From: Acutalibacteraceae bacterium
GTDB taxonomy: Bacteria > Bacillota > Clostridia > Oscillospirales > Acutalibacteraceae
Assembly: GCA_045601525.1 (NCBI GenBank)
Contig: JAZRZR010000005.1
Span: 339-64,338 of the forward strand
DNA length: 64,000 bases
Direction: 5' to 3'
The position numbers and the translations under genes are program-made. The notes beneath the pieces were generated by a model. The model made no database searches. It was not told the origin of the DNA and was given only the letters and a program-made list of their open reading frames with translations. Of this stretch, positions 51,480-61,653 are shown one piece after another (within the stretch, counting starts at the first letter, position 1; every line of letters begins with the position of its first letter).

Positions 51480-52183
51480 TATTTTATCCTCAAATCGTTA
51501 ATAACGGCGCTTGCCGCAATAAGACCTGCCGTAGCGGGCACAAAGGCGGTACTTCCTGGTGAAAGGCGCCCGTTTTGGTTAATTTCGGCAAGGTGGTTAG
51601 GAACTATCGGCGGCTCGTCCGACCAAACAACAGTGAGCGACTTAACCCCTCTTTTTTTAAGTTCGGTTCGCATAACTCTTGCTAATGGGCAAACCGAGGT
51701 TTTGTATATATCGCCAAGCTTTAGGCGTGTGGGGTCGCACTTGTTACCAGTCCCCATAATCGAAATAATGGGAACACCAACTTCTTGAGATTTGATTATC
51801 AAATCAATCTTGGCGGTAACTGTATCGATAGCATCAATAACATAATCGTATTGGCTAAAGTCGAGTTTTGTATCTGGCATATAAAAAATGTCATAAGCGC
51901 CAATATTTATATTGGGATTTATACCAATTGCCCTTTCCTTTGCCACCTCTACCTTTTTTCTATTTAAGGTTTTTTCGGTAGCAATTATTTGGCGGTTGAT
52001 ATTAGATTCTTTAACTGTATCGTTATCGAAAATATCAATATTTCCAATACCGCTACGAACCAAGCCCTCCAAAACATAAGAACCCACACCGCCGATGCCA
52101 AAAACGGCAACCCGACAGTTTTTAAGTTTTTCTATTGAGTTTTCGCCAAACAGTGCGGCAGTTCTTATAAAACGAGGGTTCAT
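51479..52183 (-). CDS. tcdA: tRNA threonylcarbamoyladenosine dehydratase (ThiF/E1-like)
   Basis: FGENSIEKLKNCRVAVFGIGGVGSYVLEGLVRSGIG..DNDTV..SNINRQ. Confidence 0.85.
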   Translation of the reverse strand: MNPRFIRTAALFGENSIEKLKNCRVAVFGIGGVGSYVLEGLVRSGIGNIDIFDNDTVKESNINRQIIATEKTLNRKKVEVAKERAIGINPNINIGAYDIFYMPDTKLDFSQYDYVIDAIDTVTAKIDLIIKSQEVGVPIISIMGTGNKCDPTRLKLGDIYKTSVCPLARVMRTELKKRGVKSLTVVWSDEPPIVPNHLAEINQNGRLSPGSTAFVPATAGLIAASAVINDLRIK

Positions 52184-52184
52184 T

Positions 52185-53024
52185 TTATCTCTCCAAATAT
52201 TTTATCAGATTGGGTAATTCCTTTTCAAAATGAACACCGTAGCGGCGCTCACTATCATCAGCGATAGTATGAAGTATTGAACGGCAGGTGAATTTAGCTG
52301 CAATAGAGGCGGCACTCGGCAAATCGTGTCCTAAAACGAGGGCCGAGGTAAGCGCACTTGCAAAAACATCACCCGTGCCGTGAAAAGTGGCATCAATTTT
52401 ATCTTCAAAGGTGTAGTTTATTTTCTCACCGTCAAAACAAGCGGCACCGAGCTTGTTATTATCAAAATAAACCCCCGTAAGCACGATTTTTGTTTTTGTG
52501 GCAGCATAAAGGCGAGAAAGCAAACCCTCAATATATTCCTTTTTATAGGGACCCTCCGTGTATTCTTCACCTAACATAAGAACAGCCTCGGTAATGTTTG
52601 GGACGATTATATCTGCTTCGGCGCAAAGGGTGAGCATATTTTTGGCAAATTCCAAATCAAAGCCTACATACATTTTGCCGTGGTCGGCCATTGCGGGGTC
52701 GCAAATCAAAATTGTCTTTTGGGTGCGAAGAAGCCGTGCGGCCTCTTTAACCAACTCAATTTGTCTTGCACTACCCAAATAGCCTGTATAAATAGCCTCA
52801 AACTCAAAACCGTTTTCTTTCCAATGTTTTGCAATGGGCATTATATCATCGGTTAAATCTCTAAATGTAAAATTAGTAAAACCGCCTGTATGGGTGGATA
52901 AAACGGCGGTGGGTATAACGGCGGTTTCAATGCCTGCGGCCGAGCAAATAGGCAATGCAACGGTTAGAGAGCATTTGCCAAGACCTGATATATCGTGTAT
53001 AGCGGCTATTCTCTTTTGACTCAT
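52185..53024 (-). CDS. pdxK: pyridoxal/pyridoxamine kinase
   Basis: RIAAIHDISGLGKCSLTVALPI, DPAMADHGKMY and HGTGDVFASAL motifs. AAGGAG lies 7 nt before ATG 53024, which overlaps the nth stop as ATGA; the track starts at 53045. Confidence 0.85.
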   Translation of the reverse strand: MSQKRIAAIHDISGLGKCSLTVALPICSAAGIETAVIPTAVLSTHTGGFTNFTFRDLTDDIMPIAKHWKENGFEFEAIYTGYLGSARQIELVKEAARLLRTQKTILICDPAMADHGKMYVGFDLEFAKNMLTLCAEADIIVPNITEAVLMLGEEYTEGPYKKEYIEGLLSRLYAATKTKIVLTGVYFDNNKLGAACFDGEKINYTFEDKIDATFHGTGDVFASALTSALVLGHDLPSAASIAAKFTCRSILHTIADDSERRYGVHFEKELPNLIKYLER

Positions 53025-53653
53025 ACTCGCACTCCTTTTTTGCATATATCTCTTAAAATACAGTCCTCACATTTAGGGTTTCTTGCCGAACATATATCCC
53101 TGCCGAACAAAACAATTCTGTGGCAAAAATCACTCGACTCATCTTGGGGTAAGAGTTTTCGCATCTCCTTTTCAACCTTTATAGGAACGGTGGTTTCCAC
53201 AAATCCTAAGCGGTTGCAAATGCGGATAAAATGGGTATCGGTTACAACGGCACCCTTGCCGTAAATATCACCGCAAATAAGGTTGGCGGTTTTGCGACCA
53301 ATACCCGAAAGTGAGGTTAATTCCTCTATCGTATCGGGCACCCGCCCATCAAAATTATCAAGCAATTGCTTTGATAATTCTATTATATCCTTGGCCTTTG
53401 TTTTATAAAGACCACAGCTTTTTATAAGTTCTTCAACCTCACCAAGCGTTGCGTCGGCCATTGCCTTTTCATCAGGAAACCTCTCAAAAAGGGTAGGAGT
53501 TACAAGATTAACACGGGCATCGGTGCATTGGGCTGAAAGACGAGTGGCTACAAGTAGTTGAAATGGGGTTTTGTATTCAAGCGAGCATTTAGCTTCTGGA
53601 TATAAGGACTTTAAGCGCTCGATAGCAATCAAAACACGTTCTTTTTTTCTCAT
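53021..53653 (-). CDS. nth: endonuclease III
   Basis: HhH-GPD motif LSGIGRKTANLI, TDTH and a C-terminal 4Fe-4S cluster loop (C..CSARNPKCEDCILRDIC). ATG 53653 overlaps the upstream stop as ATGA; the track starts at 53719. Confidence 0.9.
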   Translation of the reverse strand: MRKKERVLIAIERLKSLYPEAKCSLEYKTPFQLLVATRLSAQCTDARVNLVTPTLFERFPDEKAMADATLGEVEELIKSCGLYKTKAKDIIELSKQLLDNFDGRVPDTIEELTSLSGIGRKTANLICGDIYGKGAVVTDTHFIRICNRLGFVETTVPIKVEKEMRKLLPQDESSDFCHRIVLFGRDICSARNPKCEDCILRDICKKGVRV

Positions 53654-54699
53654 TTTGTTATTCCTTCTAAAAGAAGGTCGTTTTTCTTTATAATACCAAG
53701 TTTGCGCATAGCCTCGCAAATAACAAGGGTAAGTATAGCGGGGGCAATAAAGTGCATAGCAAGAATTTCGATAATGGTGATAATCGGTGAAACACCTGCG
53801 TTTGTCATTGCCTCAAAAGCTGAAAGCTGACCAACAAGACCTGCCGAGCCCATACCTGAGCCGATAGGGGTGCTAAGCATTTTTAATACGGCCGAGGAAA
53901 TAGGTCCTAAAATAGCGCTTGAAATTATAGGGGGCAACCAAACAATCGGCTTACGTACGATATTAGGCATTTGAAGCATTGATGTGCCAAGACCTTGAGC
54001 TATAAGACCGCCGAATTTGTTCTCTCGGTAGCTCATAACGGCAAAGCCTACCATGTTGCAGCAACAACCAATTGTAGCGGCACCTGCGGCAAGACCTGTA
54101 ATGCCCATAGAAATGCCGATAGCCGCACTGCTTATAGGCAAGGTAAGTAAAATTCCCATAATAACCGAGATGGCAATACCGCCTAAGATGGGGCTCTTTT
54201 CAACATTTATGTTTACAAGTGCGCCTATCCATTTCATAGCGGCCGAAATATACGGACCAATCAAAAGACCTACAACAGAGCCTGCAATTACACAACAAAG
54301 AGGTGTTAAAATAATATCAATTTTGGTTTTTCCGGCAATTAAAGCACCAATTTCGATTGCAACATAAGCCGCAATAAAGGCGCCTAATGGCTCACCGGGA
54401 GTGCCGATAGTTATACTGCCAAGGGCAACATTCGGGAAGGCGCCCACAAAACCTGCAACGGCGGCCGAAACAACGGTTAGGGGGGCGGCTTTTAATTTAG
54501 CCGCAACGCCGACGCCGATACCTGCACCTGTAACGGTCTTTGCTGCATTGCCGATAGCAATGAGGTATGTAGCCACAATGGTATCGCCAAACAGTTTTCC
54601 TATCTGACAAATAATTGTACCGATAATAAGTGTGGCGAAAAGGCCTAAAGCCATACCGCTTAGGCCGTCAATAAACAGTCGGTTAAAATACTTTTTCAT
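53650..54699 (-). CDS. polytopic membrane protein resembling the PTS EIIC_2 family (orphan, with no EIIA/EIIB nearby)
   Basis: 349 aa, Gly/Ala-rich, with ~10 helices. The N-terminus (FNRLFIDGLSGMALGLFATLIIGTII) resembles PTS_EIIC_2-type proteins as I remember them. Confidence 0.5.
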   Translation of the reverse strand: MKKYFNRLFIDGLSGMALGLFATLIIGTIICQIGKLFGDTIVATYLIAIGNAAKTVTGAGIGVGVAAKLKAAPLTVVSAAVAGFVGAFPNVALGSITIGTPGEPLGAFIAAYVAIEIGALIAGKTKIDIILTPLCCVIAGSVVGLLIGPYISAAMKWIGALVNINVEKSPILGGIAISVIMGILLTLPISSAAIGISMGITGLAAGAATIGCCCNMVGFAVMSYRENKFGGLIAQGLGTSMLQMPNIVRKPIVWLPPIISSAILGPISSAVLKMLSTPIGSGMGSAGLVGQLSAFEAMTNAGVSPIITIIEILAMHFIAPAILTLVICEAMRKLGIIKKNDLLLEGITK

Positions 54700-54743
54700 A
54701 ACAACAAAACCTTTCTAAAAAGTAATTAAATCATATGTTTATT

Positions 54744-54772
54744 ATTATAACACTCTAAAAAAAGCAAGTCAA
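54744..54772 (-). promoter_or_regulatory. candidate promoter of the seven-gene minus-strand operon
   Basis: On the minus strand: TTGACT, 17-nt spacer, TATAAT, about 45 nt upstream of the ATG at 54699. Confidence 0.55.
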
Positions 54773-54794
54773 CACCCCGTATCGACAAAAAAGG

Positions 54795-54823
54795 TTGCTT
54801 TTGAGGGGAAAAAAATGTATAAT
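54795..54823 (+). promoter_or_regulatory. candidate promoter of the phosphatase/ruvX pair
   Basis: TTGCTT, 17-nt spacer, TGTATAAT (extended -10). Confidence 0.5.
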
Positions 54824-54840
54824 TAGACAAGGTGATTTTT

Positions 54841-55506
54841 ATGACAACAATTTATGTGGTACGGCACTGTGAAACACTTGGCAACATAGCCCGTACATAT
54901 CAAGGCACATCCGATACCGATATTTCAGAACTTGGCGCAAAGCAACTTGAGTTTTTGGCAAAACGTTTTGAAAATAAAGTGTTTGATGCAATATATACAA
55001 GCCCACTAATTCGAGCCAAAAAAACCGCCGTAGCCATTTCGGGCAAAAGCGGAGTAAAGCCTATTATAAGACCAAATCTTATTGAACTTTGCGGTGGAAT
55101 TATAGAGGGTATGCCCTATACCGAGATATACGAAAAATATCCCGAACTTGAAATTTCTTGGATCACTCGCACTCAGGATTTTGACCCGCCCGAAGGCGAA
55201 AGTATGCGTAAGGCATATGACCGCATTAAAAAAGAGATTTTAGAATTAGCTAAAGAAAACAAGGGAAAAACTATTTGTGTTGCTTGCCACGGCGGTATTA
55301 TAAGATGCTTGCTCACTTGGGCAGTTAAGGGCGATATTGAACAAATAAACGATGTTCCTTGGAACGATAACACAGCAGTTAATAAACTTGTTTTCGATGA
55401 TGATTTTAATTGCACTGTTGAGTATATGAATGATACAAGTCATCTGCCCGAAGAACTGTTACCTAAAGCAAATTCATTAAGTGAAATGGTTAAGGTGAAA
55501 AAATGA
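54841..55506 (+). CDS. histidine phosphatase family protein (phosphoglycerate mutase-like)
   Basis: The RHG-type motif is IYVVRHCETLGN. A later ACHGGIIR motif is present. ATG 54841; the track starts at GTG 54832. Confidence 0.85.
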   Translation: MTTIYVVRHCETLGNIARTYQGTSDTDISELGAKQLEFLAKRFENKVFDAIYTSPLIRAKKTAVAISGKSGVKPIIRPNLIELCGGIIEGMPYTEIYEKYPELEISWITRTQDFDPPEGESMRKAYDRIKKEILELAKENKGKTICVACHGGIIRCLLTWAVKGDIEQINDVPWNDNTAVNKLVFDDDFNCTVEYMNDTSHLPEELLPKANSLSEMVKVKK

Positions 55507-55922
55507 TAATTATGTCGGTAGATTTAGGTGATGCACGCACAGGTATCGCGGTGAGCGATAATGCCGAAGGCTTCGCCTTCCCTAAATGTGTTATAACTGA
55601 ATATAATAAGGAGCGCCTAGTAGAAAAAATAGTTGATAAGGCAAATGAACTATCGGCAGAAATTATTGTTGTAGGACTTCCTAAGAATATGGACGGTTCT
55701 CTTGGATTTCGTGCCGAAGAGTGTAGCAAAACTGCCGAAAAAATTAAGCAATTAAGCGGCAAAGAGGTAATTCTTTGGGATGAACGCTGCACAACAATGC
55801 TTGCGCATAATTTGCTGAATGATAGCAATACAAGGGGCAAAAAGCGTAAGGAAAGCGTTGATGCCGTTGCGGCAGTTATGATACTTGAAAGTTACTTGTC
55901 ATTTAGAAAAAACAATAAATAA
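55503..55922 (+). CDS. ruvX: Holliday junction resolvase-like RuvX/YqgF
   Basis: SVDLGDARTGIAVSD, VVGLPKNMDGS and DERCTT motifs. 139 aa. Confidence 0.9.
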   Translation: MIIMSVDLGDARTGIAVSDNAEGFAFPKCVITEYNKERLVEKIVDKANELSAEIIVVGLPKNMDGSLGFRAEECSKTAEKIKQLSGKEVILWDERCTTMLAHNLLNDSNTRGKKRKESVDAVAAVMILESYLSFRKNNK

Positions 55923-55930
55923 AAAAGAAA

Positions 55931-55962
55931 ATGAACCGGCTGTTTTGCCGGTTCATTTTTAT
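55931..55962. terminator. bidirectional terminator between ruvX and ligA
   Basis: ATGAACCGGC-TGTTTT-GCCGGTTCAT flanked by an A-run and a T-run. Confidence 0.8.
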
Positions 55963-55964
55963 TG

Positions 55965-57959
55965 TTAAATAAGTTCTTTTAGTTCGCTTTCACCAAGAAT
56001 TTTAATGCCTAATTTTTGTGCTTTTTGTAGTTTGCTGCCGGCATCCTCACCGCAAAGCAATAAATCGGTTTTGGCCGAAACAGAGCCTGTAACTTTGGCA
56101 CCGAGATTTTGCATAATAAGGGTTAATTCATCTCGTGAACGCTCGCTGAATTTTCCTGTAATTACAACAGTTTTTCCATAAAAATATCCGCTTGTGTCAA
56201 CCTCGGCTTTTTCAAGTTTTTCAATACTTAAAACCTCTAATAAATCGTTGTATTCGGATATATTTTGTGGGTCGCCAAACCAAGCGTAAATGGCACGGTT
56301 TATGGTTTCGCCAAAGCCATCGATTTCGGAAAAATCAAAGCCTTTCTCTAAAGCGGTATTAAAGGCCGCAATATCGCCCTCGAAAAGTTCCTCAATAGCC
56401 TTTGCGGCGCTCTTTCCGAGCAAAGAAATATTAAGGGCAACCAATAGGTTTGAAAGGCGGGTTTTAGAGGCGAGCGAAATAGCCTCGATAAGATTTTTGT
56501 AAGACTTCTCACCAAAGCCTTCAAGTTTTATTATTTCTTCCTTATGCTCATCTAAGCGGAAGATATCACGAAGCCTCTTTATAAATCCCAAATTTATAAA
56601 TTTTATGAGTGTTGCCTCGCTTAGACCGTCGATATTCATTGCACTTTTGCTTACAAAGTGAGTGAATTTTTTGATTTGTTTGCCGGGGCATAAGGGGTTT
56701 TCACAGTAAAGCACCTTAACCTCGTTGCCCGAATTCAAGGTGGTTTTTATTGCCGTTTCGGCTTGGCAAACGGGGCAGTGGGTGGGAACCGTTGCGCTAT
56801 AATCATCACGCACTTCATTCTGTGAGGAAAGATTTTCCTCAATGTGCGGGATAATCATATTGCGCTTTGAAACCATTATTTTGTCGCCTGATTGCAGTTT
56901 TAGGTTTTCAATAAATGTAATATTGTGAAGTGAAGCACGCTCAACATTCGTGTTGTCAATCTCCACCGCCTCAAATTCAGCAATTGGAGTAAGCTGACCT
57001 GTTCTCGAAATATTCCATATAATTTCCTTAAGGGTTGTCTTAAAGGTGGGGTCGGAAAACTTATAGGCAATACCGTCCTTAAAATGATGGGCAGTTCGGC
57101 CTTGCGCTCTGCCGAAGGTTACGCTATCATAGGTAAAAACAATACCGTCAATAGGATAGCCCTTTTGGTTGGCAATCGCCTTTAGGTCGGCAATTTTTTT
57201 AGTTACGGTATCAATAGTATCTTCAGCGGTAAGTGTTTCTAACGGGATAAGTTCAAAGCCAAAACTATTAAGAAGATTAAGCCGTTTGAGTTTAGAATCG
57301 TATCTTGTATCCTCTAAGCCCTCAAGCACATTAAAGGGTACAAAGGCAACGCCGCGCTCGGCACAAATTTTGGAATCTAACTGCCTTACCGAGCCCGAGG
57401 CTAAATTACGGGGAGTTGAGTATTTATCCTCATCATTATCGATAAGTGAGTTGATTTTTTCAAAGGTGGGGATATCAATGAAGGCCTCACCGCTTATAAC
57501 AAGGCGGCCGTCAAAAGGAATTTTTTGCGGAATGTTAACAAATACACGGGCGTTGTGGGTTATAATTTCACCTACGGCACCATCACCTCGTGTGGCAGCC
57601 TCAACAAGCACACCGTTTTGATAGGTGAGTTTTACTGTAAGACCATCAAGTTTTAATGCTAAATATCCATTTGAAGCCTTTGCAAAATCGAGCAAGGTTT
57701 GCTCTGATTTTGTCTTTTCAAGGCTTAAAAGGGGGATATCGTGTGTAACCTTTTCGAGTTCACTTATAACCTCGTAGCCCGGGCGCATTGTGGGAGAATC
57801 AGCAAGAACAACCCCTGTTTCGTTTTCAAGGCGGGAAAGCTCATCGAAAAGCGCATCGTATTGCGCATCCGAAATAGAGGGGTTGTTTTTATTATAATAT
57901 TCATCACAGCATTTGTTTAAGAATGCCGTAAGCTCTTTAATTCGCGAAATTTTATCCAT
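55965..57959 (-). CDS. ligA: NAD-dependent DNA ligase
   Basis: The adenylation motif KLDGLT, a zinc finger (CPVCQ...C..PLCPGK), HhH repeats and a C-terminal BRCT domain are present. GGAGG lies 8 nt before ATG 57959; the track starts at TTG 57974. Confidence 0.93.
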   Translation of the reverse strand: MDKISRIKELTAFLNKCCDEYYNKNNPSISDAQYDALFDELSRLENETGVVLADSPTMRPGYEVISELEKVTHDIPLLSLEKTKSEQTLLDFAKASNGYLALKLDGLTVKLTYQNGVLVEAATRGDGAVGEIITHNARVFVNIPQKIPFDGRLVISGEAFIDIPTFEKINSLIDNDEDKYSTPRNLASGSVRQLDSKICAERGVAFVPFNVLEGLEDTRYDSKLKRLNLLNSFGFELIPLETLTAEDTIDTVTKKIADLKAIANQKGYPIDGIVFTYDSVTFGRAQGRTAHHFKDGIAYKFSDPTFKTTLKEIIWNISRTGQLTPIAEFEAVEIDNTNVERASLHNITFIENLKLQSGDKIMVSKRNMIIPHIEENLSSQNEVRDDYSATVPTHCPVCQAETAIKTTLNSGNEVKVLYCENPLCPGKQIKKFTHFVSKSAMNIDGLSEATLIKFINLGFIKRLRDIFRLDEHKEEIIKLEGFGEKSYKNLIEAISLASKTRLSNLLVALNISLLGKSAAKAIEELFEGDIAAFNTALEKGFDFSEIDGFGETINRAIYAWFGDPQNISEYNDLLEVLSIEKLEKAEVDTSGYFYGKTVVITGKFSERSRDELTLIMQNLGAKVTGSVSAKTDLLLCGEDAGSKLQKAQKLGIKILGESELKELI

Positions 57960-58153
57960 TAAAATTTCCTCCAAAAACTCTTTATTAAATTATACCACAA
58001 AAACACATCTTTTCAAACAAAAAATACCAGAAGTTCTTTATTTGTTAACAAATTAGTGTTATAATTACCTAGTAAAGAGTTTTTAACACTGGTTTTCTTG
58101 AATTCGACAAATTGATGAAAGTATAATAATAAAAAATAGTAAGGAGTAGTGCT

Positions 58154-61100
58154 GTGCTTACATTAAAAAATATTGTAAAGGATTATGTTACGGGCGACAA
58201 TATAGTTCATGCCTTAAAGGGCGTAAGTATTGATTTCCGTAAAAATGAGTTTGTATCAATTCTTGGTCAGTCGGGTTGCGGTAAGACAACCTTGCTTAAT
58301 ATTATAGGCGGCCTTGATAAATACACCAAGGGCGACCTTGTTATAAGCGGTAAATCCACTAAAGATTTCAAGGATAGAGATTGGGATGCTTATCGAAATC
58401 ACTCGGTAGGCTTTGTTTTCCAAAGTTATAATCTTATTCCGCATCAGTCGGTGCTTCAAAATGTTGAGTTGGCGCTTACCCTTTCGGGCGTTTCTAAAAA
58501 AGAACGCCGAGCCCGTGCAAAAGCGGCACTTTGCGAGGTGGGGCTTGGCAATCAGTTAAAAAAGAAACCGAGTGAACTTTCGGGTGGACAAATGCAGCGT
58601 GTTGCCATTGCCCGTGCTATAGTTAATAATCCTGAAATTATCTTGGCGGACGAGCCTACCGGTGCACTTGATACAGAAACCAGTATTCAGGTTATGGAGA
58701 TACTTAAAAAGATTGCGAGCGACCGACTTGTAATTATGGTTACACATAACCCCGACCTTGCAAAGCAGTACTCAACCCGTATTATCCGTATGCTTGACGG
58801 CGTTATTATAAACGACACAATGCCACTAAGCGATGAAGAAAGACAAGCATTGCTTCCTAAGGAGCCGGAAGATAATAAAAAGCAAAAGACTCAAAAGAAA
58901 CCCTCAATGTCACTTTTTACCTCCTTTGGTCTTTCACTTAAAAACCTTATTACCAAAAAAGGAAGAACACTTCTTACCTCTTTTGCAGGTAGTATAGGTA
59001 TTATCGGTATTGCGCTTATATATGCTGTTTCTCAAGGTACAACAGCCTATATCGATACAGTGCAAGAGGACACCCTTTCCTCATATCCATTAACCCTTGA
59101 AGCACAAACTATGGATTTATCCTCGGTTATGGAAACCTTTATAGGAACAGCAACGGCAAACGGTCAGCACGAAAAGGACGCTGTATATCAGAAATCAATG
59201 GTTTACGATATGCTTAATGCCTTAAATTCGGCCGAAACAAGCGAAAACGACCTTGCGGCCTTTAAGAAATATCTTGAGGCCGAATATAATAAAGAATATC
59301 CAGAAGGCGAAAAAAATTTGCTTAAAGAGGCCATCAACGGCATTAAATACACATACGATTTTGATATGATGGTTTACACCAAAAATGTCGACGGTAATAT
59401 TATCCGTTCGGATAGTGAAGAATTATTACAGGAAATTTTGCTTGACGGCTTTGGCATTGATATGTCGGGTCTTATGGGCTTTTCTTCAACGATGGGTATG
59501 CCGAGCAGTATGATGATGGGCGGTAGCACTGTGCTTTGGCAGGAAATACTGTCGGGAGATAACGGAGCTCTTATAAACCCCTTGCTCGATAAGCAGTATG
59601 ATGTTATATACGGCCGTTGGCCAAGTGCATATAACGAGATTATATTGGTTGTTGATGAAAACAACGAGCTTGATGATATGGCACTTTATGCATTGGGCCT
59701 TAAGTCCAAAGAGGAAATGGATAAGTTGGTTTCGGCCACAATCAATAAAGAACACGTAGAGTATGAGCAAAAGAAGTGGAGTTATGAAGAAATTTGCAAT
59801 ATGGAATTTAAGACGGTTCTTAATTCCGATTGCTTTGTTTTGGATGAGGCCACCGGCAAATATACCGATTTGAGAGACACCTCGGCAGGTCTTAAATATC
59901 TTTATGATAACGGGATAACCTTAAAGGTTACAGGTATCGTAAGGCCGAGCGAGGACGCCGTTTCGGCAATGCTTACAGGCTCTATCGGTTATACTGCCGC
60001 TCTCACTGAATATGTGGTGAATAACAGTAAGGATTCGGCTGCCGTAAAGGCTCAGCTTGATTCACAAACCACCGATATATTTACAGGCTTGCCCTTTAAG
60101 GAAAATGCGGGCAATCTCTCGGCCGAACAAAAGAAAGCAGACTTCTTAAGTCACATAAATTCGCTCGATACAAAAGGCAAGGCAAATATATATAAGAAAA
60201 TGATGTCTTTGCCAAGCAAAGAGCAAACCGAGGCGGCAGTTTCCAATATGATGAAGAATATGAGCCGTGAAAGCATCGAGCAAACCTTGATTTCGGCGTT
60301 TGCGAGCCAAATGAGTGTATCCTCGGCCGAGGTGGAAAAGTATGTAAAGAATTTTTCGGATGAGGAAATAAAAGAACTCTTTAGCGAAATGGCGGCCGAG
60401 CAGTATAAAGCACAGTATGCGGCACAGGTAAGCGCACAAATGGCAATGCTTCCCGAAGCGCAATTGGCGGCGGCCCTTGATGCGTCGAAAAACGGCTATA
60501 CGAATGAGCAGTTTTCACAGTTTTATGATGAGGTTTTAGAGTTCTCAACTTCAAGTTATGATGAGAATATGCGCACTTTAGGTTATGTTGACCTTGCCGA
60601 CCCATCAAGTATAAATATTTATGCTTCATCCTTTGAAAATAAGGAAATAATAGAGGATGTAATTGCTAAATATAACGAGGGTGTTGAGGAACTTGAGCAA
60701 ATCAAATATGTAGATTATGTCGGCATAATGATGTCCTCAATCACCACAATTATCAATGCAATCACCTATGTGCTTATAGCCTTTGTTGCGGTTTCGCTTA
60801 TCGTATCCTCGATAATGATTGGCGTAATAACCTTGATTTCGGTACAAGAAAGAACAAAGGAAATTGGAATTTTGCGTTCAATCGGCGCATCCAAGCGCAA
60901 TGTTTCAAGTATGTTTAACGCCGAAACCGTTATTATCGGTTTTGCTTCGGGGCTTATCGGCGTGCTTGTAACCTATTTACTTTGCATACCAATAAATATA
61001 ATTTTGCATACCCTTACAGGTATACCGAATTTGAGCGCACAATTGCCGATTAATGTGGCGGTAGCGCTTGTGATAATAAGTACACTTTTAACACTTGTTG

Positions 61101-61165
61101 CGGGAATTATCCCCTCGCGAAGCGCCGCAAAAAAGGACCCCGTTGTGGCACTTCGCACCGAATAA
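58154..61165 (+). CDS. MacB-type fused ABC transporter (N-terminal ATPase plus FtsX-type permease) with a very large extracytoplasmic domain
   Basis: GTG start 7 nt after AAGGAG. Walker A (GQSGCGKTT), [14 protein letters not shown] and [11 protein letters not shown] are present. TM1 lies at about residues 272-292. The FtsX C-terminus carries [19 protein letters not shown] and three TM helices. Confidence 0.88.
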   Translation: MLTLKNIVKDYVTGDNIVHALKGVSIDFRKNEFVSILGQSGCGKTTLLNIIGGLDKYTKGDLVISGKSTKDFKDRDWDAYRNHSVGFVFQSYNLIPHQSVLQNVELALTLSGVSKKERRARAKAALCEVGLGNQLKKKPSELSGGQMQRVAIARAIVNNPEIILADEPTGALDTETSIQVMEILKKIASDRLVIMVTHNPDLAKQYSTRIIRMLDGVIINDTMPLSDEERQALLPKEPEDNKKQKTQKKPSMSLFTSFGLSLKNLITKKGRTLLTSFAGSIGIIGIALIYAVSQGTTAYIDTVQEDTLSSYPLTLEAQTMDLSSVMETFIGTATANGQHEKDAVYQKSMVYDMLNALNSAETSENDLAAFKKYLEAEYNKEYPEGEKNLLKEAINGIKYTYDFDMMVYTKNVDGNIIRSDSEELLQEILLDGFGIDMSGLMGFSSTMGMPSSMMMGGSTVLWQEILSGDNGALINPLLDKQYDVIYGRWPSAYNEIILVVDENNELDDMALYALGLKSKEEMDKLVSATINKEHVEYEQKKWSYEEICNMEFKTVLNSDCFVLDEATGKYTDLRDTSAGLKYLYDNGITLKVTGIVRPSEDAVSAMLTGSIGYTAALTEYVVNNSKDSAAVKAQLDSQTTDIFTGLPFKENAGNLSAEQKKADFLSHINSLDTKGKANIYKKMMSLPSKEQTEAAVSNMMKNMSRESIEQTLISAFASQMSVSSAEVEKYVKNFSDEEIKELFSEMAAEQYKAQYAAQVSAQMAMLPEAQLAAALDASKNGYTNEQFSQFYDEVLEFSTSSYDENMRTLGYVDLADPSSINIYASSFENKEIIEDVIAKYNEGVEELEQIKYVDYVGIMMSSITTIINAITYVLIAFVAVSLIVSSIMIGVITLISVQERTKEIGILRSIGASKRNVSSMFNAETVIIGFASGLIGVLVTYLLCIPINIILHTLTGIPNLSAQLPINVAVALVIISTLLTLVAGIIPSRSAAKKDPVVALRTE

Positions 61166-61175
61166 AGATAAAAAG

Positions 61176-61206
61176 AACCCCTGAAGAATTATCTTCAGGG
61201 GTTTTC
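61176..61206. terminator. bidirectional terminator
   Basis: AACCCCTGAAGA-ATTA-TCTTCAGGGGTT followed by TTC; the 5' flank is A-rich. Confidence 0.8.
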
Positions 61207-61209
61207 TTA

Positions 61210-61653
61210 TTATTCAACAACAACTGTTCCGTCATCTTTAACGGTTATTTTCATACCGTCCTTAACATATTCAAGGAATTCATCACCCAAGCAGTCGATA
61301 ACAGGCATTGAAACATCATCAAGCCATACATCAGCAAGCACCGAGCCTGCGGCTGCTAAGGAGTCAATCGGTTTTGAGAAAAGCATACAAGCGGGTTGGC
61401 GCTTCATAGCACAAGCACAGTATAGCACGAGGCCGCCCGTTGTAGAGCCGATTGTTTGGGGAAGACAAAGGGCACGACCAAGCATCTGCTTGCCATATAA
61501 GTCGGGGTTGTTTTGGTCACCGCAGGTTGCGGTTTTGTCACCGAACTGAAGTGCCTTTTGGAAAGAAGCAAGTGTGTTAAGACCACCATGAGAAACCAAT
61601 GCCTCGGCCGAAACCGTGCCCGAAGCGATTACACGACCTTTGAATTCTTTCAT
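61210..61653 (-). CDS. aconitase X swivel-domain subunit (DUF126)
   Basis: 147 aa. GRVIASGTVSAEALVSHGGLNTLASF and LPQTIGSTTGGLVL resemble DUF126. Its start overlaps the stop of the large subunit gene by 1 nt. Confidence 0.78.
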   Translation of the reverse strand: MKEFKGRVIASGTVSAEALVSHGGLNTLASFQKALQFGDKTATCGDQNNPDLYGKQMLGRALCLPQTIGSTTGGLVLYCACAMKRQPACMLFSKPIDSLAAAGSVLADVWLDDVSMPVIDCLGDEFLEYVKDGMKITVKDDGTVVVE

